The notes under the pieces are model-generated. The model did not search any database and was not told where the DNA came from. It saw only the letters and a list, made by a program, of their open reading frames with translations. DNA of 64,000 nt from an uncultured bacterium (GTDB taxonomy: Bacteria; Bdellovibrionota; JACOXK01; 2-02-FULL-40-11). Below, one piece after another: positions 8,948-18,581 of this stretch. Made by a program: the position numbers and the translations under genes. The first letter of the stretch is position 1; each line of letters starts with the position of its first letter. Location: contig CAYMPL010000001.1 of assembly GCA_964392415.1 (NCBI GenBank), forward strand, positions 6,200-70,199, given 5' to 3'.

Positions 8948-9583
8948 TGGATTTTTATCGCGCTGATTCCGCCGTTGTTGTTTGGGATCTTATATCTCTA
9001 TCGATCGACGTGGCGGCTGACGGTTTTGGATGAGAATTTAAAACCTATGAGACGGAATCGATTTAAAAATGTTCTCTACGCGCATTGGCATGAAGATATT
9101 CCTGTTTTAAGCCTTAAATACGGGAGTTATGCAAACGTCTGTACGATGGCAAGCCAAAGTCGGGATGGGGAGGTGATCGCCCGCGTCTTAAAGTGGTTTG
9201 GGTATGAAGTTTCCAGAGGTTCCTCTCATCGCGGGGGGGGGGCGGCCCTTCTTCAGATGCAGAAGGCGTATCAGCGCGGCAAAAACCTTGCGCTGGCTGT
9301 CGATGGGCCCCGGGGGCCGCGCCATGAAGTGAAAGCGGGTATTGTGGCTCTTGTTGAAAAAGGGGGGATGCCAGTTGTCATTGGGGTTGCCAATTCAAAA
9401 TATAAATTTGTTTTCCGAAAAAGCTGGGATCGAATGTGGTTTCCATTCCCCTTTTCACCTGTGGTTGCGATTTTTTCGGATCCGATTCGGTTTGAAACCG
9501 ATCCTTCATTTGAAGAGCGGTGTTTGCGCATTGAGCGGCGCCTGCGCGATCTTAAAGAGAAGACTATAACTTACTATTCTTAA
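8930..9583 (+). CDS. DUF374-like / lysophospholipid-acyltransferase-like membrane protein (start uncertain; the track ORF begins at 8843, TTG at 8930 proposed)
   Basis: TM helix IFIALIPPLLFGILYLY then a conserved block; contains a (G)10 tract at 9233-9242; the longer call would overlap the divergent activator gene by about 100 nt. Confidence 0.45.
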   Translation: MQEIFHWIFIALIPPLLFGILYLYRSTWRLTVLDENLKPMRRNRFKNVLYAHWHEDIPVLSLKYGSYANVCTMASQSRDGEVIARVLKWFGYEVSRGSSHRGGGAALLQMQKAYQRGKNLALAVDGPRGPRHEVKAGIVALVEKGGMPVVIGVANSKYKFVFRKSWDRMWFPFPFSPVVAIFSDPIRFETDPSFEERCLRIERRLRDLKEKTITYYS

Positions 9584-9627
9584 ATAAGCCGATTAAAGAT
9601 TTCCCACAAACTTTCGAAAAGAGAGAT

Positions 9628-11409
9628 GTGGGGAGAGTCACTCAAATCAAAGCGGCGATTCATTTAGCTATTTTTTCACTTCTGGGGGGATCCTTCGTCG
9701 CTTCGCTCCTCTGGATGACACCCTTGCTCCTCTGGATGACACCATTTGATGCGGCGGCTGACCCAAAATTTCCTTTTTTTCAACAGGCTTCTTTTTCACT
9801 CACCAGAGTCGAGCGGGACAAAACTGAAAACAGACTTTCGCGTATGACGCCTGAAGAAAAAATCGGTCAGCTTCTTATGGTAGGGATCAGAGGGAAGCGA
9901 CTCACCCCTGGAACCGAGCGGCTTATTAAAAAATTAAAACTGGGGGGTGTTATTTTTTACGCTCATAATATTGATGATCCGGTTCAGCTTCGCCAGTTTA
10001 CTTCCGCGATTCAGCATGTGGCATCCTTGGATCACAGGATTCCACTTTTTATATCGGTCGACCAGGAAGGGGGATCGGTTGCGCGGATTCGGAAAGGGGT
10101 TTACTCTTTTCCTCCGCCAATGGCGATTGGAGCCACAGGTTCGCTCCAGCTTTCGTATATGGTCGGCAAAATGATGGCGCTCGACCTCTCTGCGATGGGG
10201 ATTAACATGAATTTGGCCCCTGTTCTCGACGTCAATACGGAACAAGAAAATCAGCTGATCGGAATCCGGTCATTCGGGGGGGATCCTGAACTCGTGGCTC
10301 AAATGGGAATGTGGTACATTGAAGGACTTCAATCGCGGGGAGTTGTTGCAACTGCGAAACACTTTCCGGGGCATGGAAATACCGCGGTCGATTCTCATTA
10401 TGCGATTCCCGCTATTCAGACCGGGCTTTCTGATCTTGAAAAATTTCACCTTCTCCCTTTTAAAAAAGCGATGGAAAATGGTCTCGATGCCCTTATGACA
10501 GCCCATCTTTCGGTGCCAGCGATCGACCCTTCAGGTTTGCCAGCAACATTTTCCTACAATCTTCTGACCGAAGTGGTTCGTAAAAAAATGAACTATCAGG
10601 GGCTCATCGTGACAGATGATCTCGAGATGAAGTCGATTCGTAACAGATATGGAGTGGGGGAAGCGGCGCTCAAAGCCATTTTGGCAGGATCAGATGTCGT
10701 GATGGTTAGTTGGACGGATGAGAAAAAAACAGAGGTTTTTAACGCACTTCTAACTGCCTATCGGGAAGGGAAGCTGACAGAAGAGAGGCTGAACGAATCG
10801 GTTCGACGGATTCTTAAATTGAAATATCAGCGGGGTTTTTTTGATGCTGTTCGGGAGCCTGCATCCCTAAATCCAAAATGGCTGACCCATTCCGCGCACC
10901 AAAAGCTTCTTAGCCAAATTGCTGCGAAGGCGATAACGATGGTTTTCAACAAAGGGGTGCTCCCGTTAAAGGAAGAGGATCCTCGAAAGGTGCTTTTGGC
11001 GACCCCATTCAATCTTTTTTACGAGGAGCTTAAATTTTATCATGAGGATCTGAGTTCTTTAAAAATTCCAAATCGTCCTACCATTTCAGAAATTGAGACA
11101 ATTGTTTCAAACATTACTGAACTGAAAAATGAAATCGATCTGCTCATGATAGGCCTGACACACAGGTCACAACTTCCACTGGTTCAAAGGCTTTCCCAAA
11201 ATATAAAAAAACCGATTGTAGTTATTTCTTTTGAGTCCCCCTACCTCATTCATGAGATAAAGAAAATTTCAGAGATTTCTGCCTTCCTCTGCAGCTATGG
11301 CACCCAGCCGGAGCTTGTCCGCGCAACTGCTGAGTCCCTGGTCGGAATCATTCATCCCACAGGGAAAAGTCCCGTCTTGAGCATGGAAACGGCATCGATT
11401 AACAAATAA
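9628..11409 (+). CDS. nagZ: Beta-N-acetylhexosaminidase, glycoside hydrolase family 3 (NagZ-like) with signal peptide
   Basis: KIGQLLMVGI, ISVDQEGG, KHFPGHG, LIVTDDLEM GH3 motifs. Confidence 0.85.
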   Translation: MGRVTQIKAAIHLAIFSLLGGSFVASLLWMTPLLLWMTPFDAAADPKFPFFQQASFSLTRVERDKTENRLSRMTPEEKIGQLLMVGIRGKRLTPGTERLIKKLKLGGVIFYAHNIDDPVQLRQFTSAIQHVASLDHRIPLFISVDQEGGSVARIRKGVYSFPPPMAIGATGSLQLSYMVGKMMALDLSAMGINMNLAPVLDVNTEQENQLIGIRSFGGDPELVAQMGMWYIEGLQSRGVVATAKHFPGHGNTAVDSHYAIPAIQTGLSDLEKFHLLPFKKAMENGLDALMTAHLSVPAIDPSGLPATFSYNLLTEVVRKKMNYQGLIVTDDLEMKSIRNRYGVGEAALKAILAGSDVVMVSWTDEKKTEVFNALLTAYREGKLTEERLNESVRRILKLKYQRGFFDAVREPASLNPKWLTHSAHQKLLSQIAAKAITMVFNKGVLPLKEEDPRKVLLATPFNLFYEELKFYHEDLSSLKIPNRPTISEIETIVSNITELKNEIDLLMIGLTHRSQLPLVQRLSQNIKKPIVVISFESPYLIHEIKKISEISAFLCSYGTQPELVRATAESLVGIIHPTGKSPVLSMETASINK

Positions 11410-11511
11410 ACAATTTTATCAGGTCAATGTTTAATATAAGTATTTGAAATTACTTATTTTTTATATAAATGCCTGTTGGCAGTTAATTTGCATGGATCTG
11501 CCAAAAGTCTT

Positions 11512-12201
11512 ATGAAAAAAAGGGGCATCATTATAATAGCCATCATTTCTCTGTTCGTTTCTATCTCCAAGGCGGCTCCTCAAGAGACTCAGGAAGAATT
11601 AACACAGGCCCATCTCGGTGAAACCGCCTTTTTACTGCGGAAAAAAGAACTTCTTTTAGGGCTTAGGCAAACAGCGTACGGAATTTTTGACTGGTTTTCA
11701 CTGGAGACGATTCCGCTTTATGATCTATTTGGATCGTGGAATATTTTTGGAAAATTAAAATTAGTTGCGATCGACCCTGTCAGTTTAGCGGCCCGTGCCG
11801 GTATTTTTTATCTGACGCTGGAAGAGCTTCCTGAAGCTCAGCCATCTTCAATGTACCGCGTCTATTTTGGCGGCACTTTATCAGCAAAAGTGGATGATTT
11901 CATCCATTATCATTTGAATATCAATAACACGAGCTTACATGGCAATATCATTTTTGGAAATGACATGATACACATTAAAAAACTTCTTAATATTGAAAAC
12001 GACCTTGAATATAAATTTAATGACCGGCGTTCCGTAGTGGGCGCCGCTGGTTATAATGTTTCAACCAAAAAGGTTTCATTAGGGGGGAGTCATGTGTGGA
12101 GATGGTCAACTTTTCATCTAAAGCTTGGACTCACCTTTAGAACAGGGATTTCCCGGGGGCTTACAATGCTCCCCTTCTTCGATCTTGGTATTCGGTTTTA
12201 A
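11512..12201 (+). CDS. Hypothetical secreted protein (possible outer-membrane beta-barrel)
   Basis: Signal peptide MKKRGIIIIAIISLFVSISKA; start trimmed from 11476 because a sigma-54-like motif occupies 11477-11492. Confidence 0.4.
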   Translation: MKKRGIIIIAIISLFVSISKAAPQETQEELTQAHLGETAFLLRKKELLLGLRQTAYGIFDWFSLETIPLYDLFGSWNIFGKLKLVAIDPVSLAARAGIFYLTLEELPEAQPSSMYRVYFGGTLSAKVDDFIHYHLNINNTSLHGNIIFGNDMIHIKKLLNIENDLEYKFNDRRSVVGAAGYNVSTKKVSLGGSHVWRWSTFHLKLGLTFRTGISRGLTMLPFFDLGIRF

Positions 12202-12202
12202 T

Positions 12203-13129
12203 GTGAAACCCTGCAGCTTCACAGGCGTAGGCTCTCTCCCCCATCGTTCTCCAAAAAGCGCCGTTTCCCACGTTTTTAAGCATTATGAAATCCCATTCCT
12301 CCCACAGCTGCCAAATGGGGGAATGGAGAAAGGGATGAGATATGCCGATTTTTCATGCCATGGAAAAAAGACTAATCTGGATCTTCAAAGAAAGGTGGAT
12401 GATTTTTTTTCTTACGCATCCTTGGATGATTTTCTAAATGAATATGATCGACAAAAGGTATTGAAAATTCAGATGATAGGCCCTTATACGGTGGGAAGGT
12501 TACTTCTTTGTAGAGACAGATTGACCGTCATTGACCACAAGGACATCCATCCACATTTTCTTCAAATTTATATTAAAAAAGCGGTGGAATTTCTGAGCTT
12601 GTTCGAAGCTAAGAATAAAATGTGGATTATTTTTGATGAACCGTTTTTGAATGAGCTTTCGGCGGGGGAGATTTTTTCTGGTTTGGATCGCATCATTCTC
12701 AAAATTGAGAAAAAAGTCGATGGTTCAAAATTTCTTTTTGGTCTTCATTCCTGCAATCGATGGACTCCGTCGCTTTTTTCTCAATTTTACGACACAAGGC
12801 TGCGGCTGATGAGCTTCGATGTGGAACTCGGCGGGAATGCGATTTTTGAGAATCGCCAAAAACTTTTCGAATATCTTAAAAAAGGATTTTTGCTGTGGGG
12901 GATTGTTCCGACGCAGAAGATTTACCGGACAATGAAAGGTGATTATTTTTTGCGCTATTTGCAAACGAAAAATTTGCAAAAGAAAGAGGTTCTGAATATA
13001 CTGAGTCGTTCTCATTTTACGCCCGCCTGTGGAACAGCCACGCTGCGGCTTAAAGATGAACAAACGATAGCTCGACGGCTACGGGAAATTTCGGTTGAAA
13101 CGAGACGCTATTACGAAAGGGGATCTTAA
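12203..13129 (+). CDS. Divergent MetE/UroD-superfamily paralog (resembles the MetE C-terminal catalytic domain); GTG start proposed
   Basis: VGSLP, IGPYTVG, IFDEPF, GLHSCNRW and FTPACGT blocks parallel GSFP, TGPYT, VDEPA, HxCY and DPDCG of the downstream core-MetE. Confidence 0.45.
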   Translation: MKPCSFTGVGSLPHRSPKSAVSHVFKHYEIPFLPQLPNGGMEKGMRYADFSCHGKKTNLDLQRKVDDFFSYASLDDFLNEYDRQKVLKIQMIGPYTVGRLLLCRDRLTVIDHKDIHPHFLQIYIKKAVEFLSLFEAKNKMWIIFDEPFLNELSAGEIFSGLDRIILKIEKKVDGSKFLFGLHSCNRWTPSLFSQFYDTRLRLMSFDVELGGNAIFENRQKLFEYLKKGFLLWGIVPTQKIYRTMKGDYFLRYLQTKNLQKKEVLNILSRSHFTPACGTATLRLKDEQTIARRLREISVETRRYYERGS

Positions 13130-13131
13130 AA

Positions 13132-14136
13132 ATGGATGTCGTTATTTCAAATCATAGTCATTATCCGCGAGTTGGGGATCTGAAAGATCAACTCAAATTA
13201 AGGAAGGCATATCATCAATACGATCATAAAAAGATCGATCTCGAAAAATTAAAAAAGGTCGAAGAAGAGACGATTCGGGATATCATTAAAGAGCAGCAAA
13301 CCGCAAAGCTCGATATTGTGACCGATGGTCTTATCAGATGGAATGACCCTGTTTCTTATTTCATGAAGCGCCTTGAGGGGGTTGAAATTGGGGGGCTTCT
13401 CAGATTCTTTGATACCAATTTTTATTTTAGACAGCCGCAAATTATGGGAAAGCTCTCTCTTAAAGAGCCTTGTTTTAAAAAAGATCTTCTCTTTTTGAGA
13501 GCTGGGACAGATGCCGATATAAAGCTTGTGCTGACAGGGCCCTATACGCTGGCGCTCCTCTCAAACATAGCCACGCCGCATTATCAATCGGTTGAGGAAG
13601 TTTCCGAAGCGCTGACAGAGCTGCTCGTCGAAGAGTTCAAATCGATTAAAGAGATGGGGATCCCCTATATTCAAATTGAGGAGCCCGGCTATCTTTTAAC
13701 TCCGCCAGACTGGAAGTGGGCATCCTCGTTGATTAAGAAGTTGGCGGCCCATCAGGGGAATTCAAAGCTGATCCTTGCCACTTATTTTGGTGACGCCGCT
13801 CCTTATTATTCAAAGCTTGAGAATCTTCCCGTCGATATTTTGGGATTCGATACAACCTATTCGCCGGGACTTCTAGAAAGTCTTCGAAAGGAAGGGAGCC
13901 GAAAGGAAATTCAACTTGGGCTTCTGGATGGCCGGAATACGAAACTTGAAAGTCCGGATGAAGTTGTCGGAGTCCTTCATTCTCTTGAAAAAACTTGGAG
14001 GCGGCTGATTCTTACCACCTCTTGCGGGCTTGAGTATCTTTCGAGAGACAGGGCTTTTGACAAGCTCAATCTCTTACAGGAAATTAAATATGCGTACCAG
14101 GGTAAAAACCAAACATCTAAAATCAAAAAGGGATAG
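13132..14136 (+). CDS. Stand-alone homolog of the N-terminal domain of cobalamin-independent methionine synthase MetE
   Basis: Aligns by eye with E. coli MetE residues 1-340: HYPRVG/FPRVG, FDTNFYF/FNTNYHY, LTGPYT/LGPVT, IQIEEP/VQIDEP, LATYFGD/LTTYFEG, TTSCGL/ASSCSL. Confidence 0.75.
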   Translation: MDVVISNHSHYPRVGDLKDQLKLRKAYHQYDHKKIDLEKLKKVEEETIRDIIKEQQTAKLDIVTDGLIRWNDPVSYFMKRLEGVEIGGLLRFFDTNFYFRQPQIMGKLSLKEPCFKKDLLFLRAGTDADIKLVLTGPYTLALLSNIATPHYQSVEEVSEALTELLVEEFKSIKEMGIPYIQIEEPGYLLTPPDWKWASSLIKKLAAHQGNSKLILATYFGDAAPYYSKLENLPVDILGFDTTYSPGLLESLRKEGSRKEIQLGLLDGRNTKLESPDEVVGVLHSLEKTWRRLILTTSCGLEYLSRDRAFDKLNLLQEIKYAYQGKNQTSKIKKG

Positions 14137-14140
14137 AGGT

Positions 14141-15148
14141 ATGAGAACAGAAGAAAACAAATTAAAAAATTTAGGGATTCAATTACCCATTTTTCCATTG
14201 ACTTCGGTCGGGAGTTTCCCAAAATTCGACTATATCAAGAAAGGACGGAGCTGCTTTGAAAAAGGGGAGATTGGCGCAAATGATCTCCTGACTCTTGAAA
14301 AAAAGGCGACAGAGGAGTGGATTCAATTTCAGGAAGAAATTGGAATCGATATTCTGGTCGATGGTGAAATGTATCGGGGGGATATGGTTGCCTATTTTGC
14401 TGAAAAACTCCCAGGCTTTAAAGAAGGGGGTTTTGTTCGATCGTATGGAAATCGATTTTACAAAAAGCCGGTCATTTCAGAGGCTGTCGGATGGGAGAAG
14501 CCGCTCACAGTAGATTGGTGGAAATTTGCGCAATCTTTGACTCGCAAACCGGTAAAGGGGATGCTCACCGGTCCCTATACCATTATGGATTGGTCCTTTA
14601 ATGAACATTATAAGGACCGTGAAGCAGCAGCGCTTGCATTGGCTAAGGTGATCCGAAAGGAAGTGGAGGCATTGATTGATGCCGGGGCAAAGATTATTCA
14701 GGTCGATGAGCCTGCCTGTTCTGTGCGCCCCAAAGAACTTCCGTTGGTCGTGAGGACGATGGATATTGTGACAAGAGATCTCCCGGCCTATTTTGTAACA
14801 CACATCTGTTATGGCGATTTTGAGAAAATATATCCGGAGATGAATGAAATTCCAGTCGACAACTATGATCTTGAAATGTCGAACAGTGAAAACGATCTGC
14901 TTAATTGTTTCAGAAAGGTTCATATGCCAAAGGATCTCTCGGCAGGGATTGTAGATGTTCACACGCATCAAATTGAAGAGCATGCTCTTTTAATGAAGCG
15001 TTTGCGTGATATCTTGGAAGTGGTTTCCCCCTCTCAGCTCTGGGTCGATCCCGATTGTGGGCTTAAGACGCGGACGGTCGACGAGGCGAAAGAGAAATTG
15101 AAAGCAGTGGTAAAAGCAGTGAAGGCGTTGAGGGCCCAGTCATCCTGA
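14141..15148 (+). CDS. metE: Core methionine synthase (MetE C-terminal catalytic domain only, with zinc/homocysteine-binding motifs)
   Basis: VGSFPK, KPVKGMLTGPYTI (identical block to E. coli MetE), IQVDEPA, THICYGDF (His/Cys ligands), VDPDCGLKTR; RBS GAGGT before the ATG at 14141. Confidence 0.85.
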   Translation: MRTEENKLKNLGIQLPIFPLTSVGSFPKFDYIKKGRSCFEKGEIGANDLLTLEKKATEEWIQFQEEIGIDILVDGEMYRGDMVAYFAEKLPGFKEGGFVRSYGNRFYKKPVISEAVGWEKPLTVDWWKFAQSLTRKPVKGMLTGPYTIMDWSFNEHYKDREAAALALAKVIRKEVEALIDAGAKIIQVDEPACSVRPKELPLVVRTMDIVTRDLPAYFVTHICYGDFEKIYPEMNEIPVDNYDLEMSNSENDLLNCFRKVHMPKDLSAGIVDVHTHQIEEHALLMKRLRDILEVVSPSQLWVDPDCGLKTRTVDEAKEKLKAVVKAVKALRAQSS

Positions 15149-15170
15149 GGGCGAAGCCCGAAGGATCCCA
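15139..15170. repeat. Dispersed repeat family copy; its TGA is the stop codon of core-metE
   Basis: GTCATCCTGAGGGCGAAGCCCGAAGGATCCCA. Confidence 0.85.
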
Positions 15171-15217
15171 TCATACATTGACTTTTCCCATCAGATTTCC
15201 TATTCTTGAGTAAAGTT

Positions 15218-16606
15218 ATGTCCCCCTCTCTCAAGCGGCGTAGAGTCTACCTTATATTGTTCGCTGTCATTTTTATCTCCGTTGGATTCATATTGGGAAA
15301 TTTGTTTGTTGGCAGGGTTTCAGCATCTAAAACGGGGACTCAGTATGAAAAGATCGGGATTCTTCTCAAAGTCTTAAATTATGTTGAAAATAATTATGTC
15401 GAAGAGGTAAAAATTCAGGATCTTACCTACGGCGCTATCAACGGCATGCTTGCAACGCTCGATCCCCATACAAACTTTTTAACGCCTGAGTTGTTCAAGG
15501 AGATGAAAATTGATACGACAGGGCAGTTTGGCGGGATTGGAATTGAAATTACGGTCAAAGACGATATTCTGACCATCATCGCGCCGATCGAAGATACGCC
15601 GGCCTTTCAGGCAGGGCTCAAACCCAACGATAAAATTGTTAAAATTGAGGAAGATTTTACGGATAAAATGACGCTCATTGAGGCGGTCAGCAAAATGCGC
15701 GGAAAAAAAGGGGTGCCGGTCAACATCTATATCATGAGGGAGGGATTTAAGGAGCCTCAGAAATTCACCATTGTTCGCGATATTATCAAAGTCCGGTCTA
15801 TCAAGTCACAGCTTCTCGATTCAGACTATGGGTATATTAAGATCGTCAATTTTCAGGAGCGGACAGCGGATGATCTGAGGGGCGCCTTTAACAGACTGGA
15901 CGCGGACGCGAGAAAAAAGCAGGTGAAAGGAAAAAAAGAGGGGCTTAAAGGGCTTATTCTTGATTTAAGAAACAATCCGGGGGGGCTTTTGGATCAGGCG
16001 GTTCGTGTGTCGGATCTTTTTTTGGAAAAAGGGGTGATTGTATCTACGGCCGGACGTCACAAAGAGAATAAAGACATTCAATATGCCCATCAGGCGGGGA
16101 CGTTGAAAAATATGCCGATGATCGCTTTGGTGAATGGGAGTTCTGCCTCTGCGTCGGAAATTGTTGCGGGGGCGCTTCAGGATCATAGACGGGCTGTTGT
16201 GGTCGGGACAAAATCATTTGGGAAGGGATCGGTCCAGCAGGTCATTGAGTTGAATGATCAATCGGGTTTGAAATTAACCGTTGCCAAGTATTACACGCCG
16301 CAGGGTCGTTCGATTCAGGGATCTGGCATTGAACCGGATGTGGTCGTTGAGCAGATTGAGCCAGATGTTCTCAAGGCTGAGGAGAAAAAAAGAACCGATA
16401 AAAAACCATTCTGGCGGGAACAGGATTTGCCGAGGCATTTAAAAGAAGAAAAAGAAAAAGATGAAAAAGGCATTGAAGAATTTAAAGAGGCGCTAAAAGA
16501 TGAAGGTTTGAGATACGATTACCAGCTTCAGCAGGCCTATGGATATTTAAAATCGTACACCATTCTTGAGAATATCTACTCCGGGAAGAAAAAAGGGGCG
16601 CTTTGA
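15218..16606 (+). CDS. ctpA: Carboxyl-terminal processing protease, S41 family (CtpA/Prc-like) with PDZ domain
   Basis: GGIGIEI PDZ region, GLILDLRNNPGG, SASASEIVAGAL catalytic Ser block; TM/signal anchor at the N-terminus. Confidence 0.85.
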   Translation: MSPSLKRRRVYLILFAVIFISVGFILGNLFVGRVSASKTGTQYEKIGILLKVLNYVENNYVEEVKIQDLTYGAINGMLATLDPHTNFLTPELFKEMKIDTTGQFGGIGIEITVKDDILTIIAPIEDTPAFQAGLKPNDKIVKIEEDFTDKMTLIEAVSKMRGKKGVPVNIYIMREGFKEPQKFTIVRDIIKVRSIKSQLLDSDYGYIKIVNFQERTADDLRGAFNRLDADARKKQVKGKKEGLKGLILDLRNNPGGLLDQAVRVSDLFLEKGVIVSTAGRHKENKDIQYAHQAGTLKNMPMIALVNGSSASASEIVAGALQDHRRAVVVGTKSFGKGSVQQVIELNDQSGLKLTVAKYYTPQGRSIQGSGIEPDVVVEQIEPDVLKAEEKKRTDKKPFWREQDLPRHLKEEKEKDEKGIEEFKEALKDEGLRYDYQLQQAYGYLKSYTILENIYSGKKKGAL

Positions 16607-16607
16607 T

Positions 16608-16692
16608 GTCATCCTGAGGGCGAATGCCCGAAGGATCTCATTCGTAAGTGACGAGATTCTTCGCTCAGAATGACCGCTGCTCAGAATGACAA
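16608..16692. repeat. Dispersed repeat copy followed by inverted partial copies (composite palindrome) after ctpA
   Basis: GTCATCCTGAGGGCGAATGCCCGAAGGATCTCA ... GAGATTCTTCGCTCAGAATGAC ... GCTCAGAATGAC. Confidence 0.8.
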
Positions 16693-16693
16693 T

Positions 16694-17434
16694 TCATTCT
16701 TTTTTCAGGAAATGTTGATAGTACAGCAACGATGCCCCGACGACACCGCCGGGCAAAACAGAGAGATTGAGAATCGGTATTGCGAGCATGAGAGAGATCC
16801 CTGCTCCAAATCCCAGGCACGCGAATGGATGAGAGAGCATCACCTTCTTGAGTTCTTCAAAGCGGAGGTGTTCGACACCAAACGGGAAGTCTAGAAACTG
16901 GAATGAGAGTAAAAAAAGTGTGAGACATCCGCTAATAACAACTCCAATGACTGGAATAAGAAGAAAGAGAAGCGCAATCGCTTCAAGAAAAAGGATCAAG
17001 GCTATTTTTTTGAGCTGTGTTGAAAGAATTCTTTTGGCTTCGGAAACAACCTGACTGAATGAAAAGGGTTCTCTTTCAGACGCTCCGTAAAGGAGCTTTT
17101 TTGTTTTTTCTGCCATCCATTCATGAAAGGGGGCGGCAAGGAGGTTTCCCACGAGACAGACAAAAAAGGTGGTAAGAATGAGCATAACAATCAGGAACAA
17201 AGTTGCAAAAAGATAGTAGGGGATCAGCCAATACCAGGCATCCGGTTTAATAATCATAAGCGCCAAAAGATCATCAAAAGTGTAATAGAGCGTTGTCAGC
17301 GCTGAGATGAAAAGAACGATATTGATCATCCAGGGGACCAAAGCGAGGCGAAGAAGAGAGGCATGCATAAAAAGAAAGCGCAGACCGTAAAAGGGATACG
17401 AAAAGCCGGCTTGGAAATCACGAATCATTTTCAC
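16694..17434 (-). CDS. Polytopic membrane protein, EI24/CysZ-like (DUF540-like)
   Basis: Four to six predicted TM helices; loose resemblance to CysZ/EI24 only. Confidence 0.35.
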   Translation of the reverse strand: MKMIRDFQAGFSYPFYGLRFLFMHASLLRLALVPWMINIVLFISALTTLYYTFDDLLALMIIKPDAWYWLIPYYLFATLFLIVMLILTTFFVCLVGNLLAAPFHEWMAEKTKKLLYGASEREPFSFSQVVSEAKRILSTQLKKIALILFLEAIALLFLLIPVIGVVISGCLTLFLLSFQFLDFPFGVEHLRFEELKKVMLSHPFACLGFGAGISLMLAIPILNLSVLPGGVVGASLLYYQHFLKKE

Positions 17435-17462
17435 AAGTGACTACCAAAATGGAGAGTTGCGT

Positions 17463-18581
17463 TCATTGAAAAAGGTGTTGGTTAATAGTATCTAGCCCCT
17501 TTATATCGTAGATGTCTTGGGCAAAAAAAGGGATTTCGTAAACTGGTACACCTGCGGTGGGCGCTGCTGTGGAGAGAGATTTTTTAAATTGTTCTGTTTC
17601 CATTCTTTCTCTTTTGGCAAGCTCTTCCCACTGCTCGAAGATTTCAAGTTTCACCCGCTCGTTCTTTGACATTTTTGGTTTCATGTTTTCCAGCGTTTTT
17701 CTTTGGGACGAATAGGCATCCGCTGTCAAGGGAATGTCAGCTAAAATCCGGTTGATGATGATCCCTCCAAACGGAAGTTTCATTCCAGTAAGCCTTTCAT
17801 AAAAACGAAAGGCTTCTTCAAGCATTCTCCTTTCAGGGACAGTTGCAAGTAAAAAAGCGGTTTCATGACTCCCCAAAATTTCTCTGGCTTTTAGTGTTCG
17901 TTCCCGAAAACCGGTATAGAGCGTTTGTAAATTGATAAAAAATTCTGACAATTCATAAAAGAGCTGAAGGCCTGTGAATCGCTCGATGATTTTAAAAACA
18001 AAATAAGAGCCTGCCGACAAAAACTGAATGCTCAATTTTCCTGCTAGAAAATAGGGTTTGAGAAACCATTTTAGAATATTTTCATCGAGAAAATTGGAAA
18101 GTCTTTCCGGGGCTTCCAGAAAATTGAGCGCGTGTTTTGCTGGAGGGGTGTCGATGACGATGAAGTCATAATGGTTTTCCTTCCAAAGCTCGTAGAGTTT
18201 TTCAAGGGCCATATAGTCCCGTGTTCCCGCAAGCATCGTTGAGAGATACTGATAGATCCGGTTTCCCAGAATTTTATCAATAATTTCCTGGGACGGCGCG
18301 TACTGGCGTATCAGTTGATCCAGTGTCTCTTTGGTATCGAGCATCATCGCCCAAAGTTTCACATCCTTACTGAGAGGAATTGCCTTTGGGCGATGGTCGA
18401 ACTGATCAAACCCGAGGGTTTGCGCGAGCCTTTTTGCTGGATCGATCGTCAAGACGAGTGTTTTTTTCCCGGACTTTGCCGCATGTACGGCAATAGCGGC
18501 GGAAAGGGTCGTTTTTCCCACCCCTCCGCTCCCCGAAACGATAACCACTTTTTTGGTTTTTAGAATATCAGCTAAGCCCAT
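17463..18581 (-). CDS. ArsA/GET3-family P-loop ATPase (second of a tandem pair)
   Basis: SGSGGVGKTT deviant Walker A, DTPP switch region. Confidence 0.8.
   Translation of the reverse strand: MGLADILKTKKVVIVSGSGGVGKTTLSAAIAVHAAKSGKKTLVLTIDPAKRLAQTLGFDQFDHRPKAIPLSKDVKLWAMMLDTKETLDQLIRQYAPSQEIIDKILGNRIYQYLSTMLAGTRDYMALEKLYELWKENHYDFIVIDTPPAKHALNFLEAPERLSNFLDENILKWFLKPYFLAGKLSIQFLSAGSYFVFKIIERFTGLQLFYELSEFFINLQTLYTGFRERTLKAREILGSHETAFLLATVPERRMLEEAFRFYERLTGMKLPFGGIIINRILADIPLTADAYSSQRKTLENMKPKMSKNERVKLEIFEQWEELAKRERMETEQFKKSLSTAAPTAGVPVYEIPFFAQDIYDIKGLDTINQHLFQ

Noticed and set aside
12125-12202. ORF-track start of the MetE-like paralog at 12125
   Set aside because: It overlaps the preceding gene by 77 nt. 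The in-frame GTG at 12203, right after the upstream stop, fits better.
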